From: an uncultured Bacteroidales bacterium
GTDB lineage: Bacteria; Bacteroidota; Bacteroidia; Bacteroidales; WCHB1-69
Direction: 5' to 3'
Length of the DNA stretch: 64,000 nucleotides
NCBI GenBank assembly: GCA_905233585.1
Contig: CAJOFD010000010.1
Location: 3,252 to 67,251 of the forward strand
A model generated the notes under the pieces. The model searched no databases and was not told where the DNA came from. It saw only the letters and a list, made by a program, of their open reading frames with translations. The translations under genes were made by a program, and so were the position numbers. Position 1 is the first letter of the stretch; every line of letters begins with the position of its first letter. Shown here piece after piece: positions 62,910-64,000 of this stretch.

Positions 62910-64000
62910 ATGAAAATATCATACAATTGGCTAAAAACTTATGCAAAAATAGACGTATCGGCAGAAGAAGTTGCCAATATGCTCACAGATTGTGGCTTGG
63001 AAGTTGAAATGACTGAAAAATATCAACCTGTCAAAGGTGGTTTGGAAGGTTTGGTAATAGGCAAAGTGCTTACTTGCGAAAAACATCCCGATGCTGACCG
63101 CCTGCATATAACAACCGTTGATGTGGCAGGTGAAAGACCCTTAAATGTCGTTTGCGGGGCACCTAATGTTGCTCAAGGACAGCATGTTGTTGTCGCTACT
63201 ATTGGCACTGTACTTTACGACAAAGAGGGTGAGGCTTTTAAAATAAAAAAATCAAAAATTCGTGGTATAGAATCCGAAGGTATGATATGTGCCGAAGATG
63301 AAATCGGTTTGGGAACTTCTCATGACGGTATTCTTGTATTGGACAATACAGCACAAATAGGTATGCCTGCTGCAGAATATTTCAACATCGAAACCGATTA
63401 TATTTTTGAAATAGGACTTACTCCCAACCGTTCTGACGCAACCTCGCATATAGGTGTGGCAAGAGATTTGGTTGCAGTTTACAATTTGAAATACAATAAA
63501 AGTATCAAACTGGAATATCCTGATACAACGGCATTTGACGGAAAGGTGAAAGCGGATATAAACGTAGAGGTGGAGGATAAAAATCTGTGTCCGCGTTATA
63601 CAGGCTTGTGTATCAAAGGAGTGAAAGTGCAAGAATCACCGGAATGGTTAAAAACCAGATTGAATAGTATTGGCATTAGACCTATTAATAATGTTGTCGA
63701 TGTTACACAATTTGTGCTTTTTGAAATGGGACAACCATTGCATGCTTTTGATGCAGATAAAATTGTGGGCAGAAAAGTATTTGTTAAAACTTTGGCAAAA
63801 GATACTCCTTTTGTTACTTTAGATGGTGTGGAACGCAAACTTAGCGACAAAGACTTGATGATTTGTAATGCTGAAGAACCTATGTGCATTGCAGGAGTGT
63901 TTGGCGGAGAAAAGTCAGGTATTACTTTCAATAGCACGAATGTTTTCTTGGAAAGTGCTTATTTTAATCCTGTAAGTATTAGAAAAACTGCTAAATATCA
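62910..64000 (+). CDS. pheT: Phenylalanine--tRNA ligase beta subunit; 3' end runs off window
   Basis: Not in the ORF track because no stop lies inside the window. Manual translation from the ATG at 62910 gives MKISYNWLKTYAKIDVSAEEVANMLTDCGLEVE...KHPDADRLHIT...SKIRGIESEGMICAEDEIGLG (tRNA-binding and B3/4 domains). Confidence 0.88.
   Translation, partial: MKISYNWLKTYAKIDVSAEEVANMLTDCGLEVEMTEKYQPVKGGLEGLVIGKVLTCEKHPDADRLHITTVDVAGERPLNVVCGAPNVAQGQHVVVATIGTVLYDKEGEAFKIKKSKIRGIESEGMICAEDEIGLGTSHDGILVLDNTAQIGMPAAEYFNIETDYIFEIGLTPNRSDATSHIGVARDLVAVYNLKYNKSIKLEYPDTTAFDGKVKADINVEVEDKNLCPRYTGLCIKGVKVQESPEWLKTRLNSIGIRPINNVVDVTQFVLFEMGQPLHAFDADKIVGRKVFVKTLAKDTPFVTLDGVERKLSDKDLMICNAEEPMCIAGVFGGEKSGITFNSTNVFLESAYFNPVSIRKTAKY

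Overview
This is an AT-rich Bacteroidota (Bacteroidia-type) chromosomal segment. The assignment rests on type-A T9SS C-terminal sorting domains, PorQ and GldH-like genes, a fused SecDF, and TAnnTTTG -7 promoter boxes in front of most transcription units. I count about 50 protein-coding genes and 2 tRNAs (Lys-TTT and a divergent Ala-CGC). I see no rRNA, no CRISPR array, and no transposase or phage genes. Two real genes are absent from the supplied ORF track because they run off the window edges: an ArnT/PMT-like membrane glycosyltransferase at 1-1366 (minus) and pheT at 62910-64000 (plus). Most of the window is housekeeping: secA, secDF, purL, purM, nadB, nadK, aroA, mutY, tsaC, tsaD, rnpA, xerD, rsmE, rlmB, phoH, cinA. 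The non-housekeeping content is as follows. (i) An SPT-like acyltransferase sits next to a ThrC-like PLP enzyme, which best fits the known sulfonolipid (capnine/sulfobacin) pathway. (ii) A DUF2075-type nuclease/ATPase gene abuts the divergent tRNA-Ala. (iii) A roughly 12-kb cell-surface locus (47.3-59.4 kb) holds a 2218-aa T9SS-sorted protein, YD-repeat-like lipoproteins and small broken or overlapping genes. (iv) Two structured non-coding regions stand out: a terminator-containing leader at 1391-1520, and an 855-bp gene-free interval at 8106-8960 with a hairpin repeat family showing compensatory stem changes. (v) Several +1 frame breaks lie in short homopolymers, and all are confined to accessory genes. 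I do not see a compelling, clearly novel multi-gene system. The items above are candidates for follow-up and none is validated. Every call comes from reading the sequence and from remembered family motifs, with no searches run.
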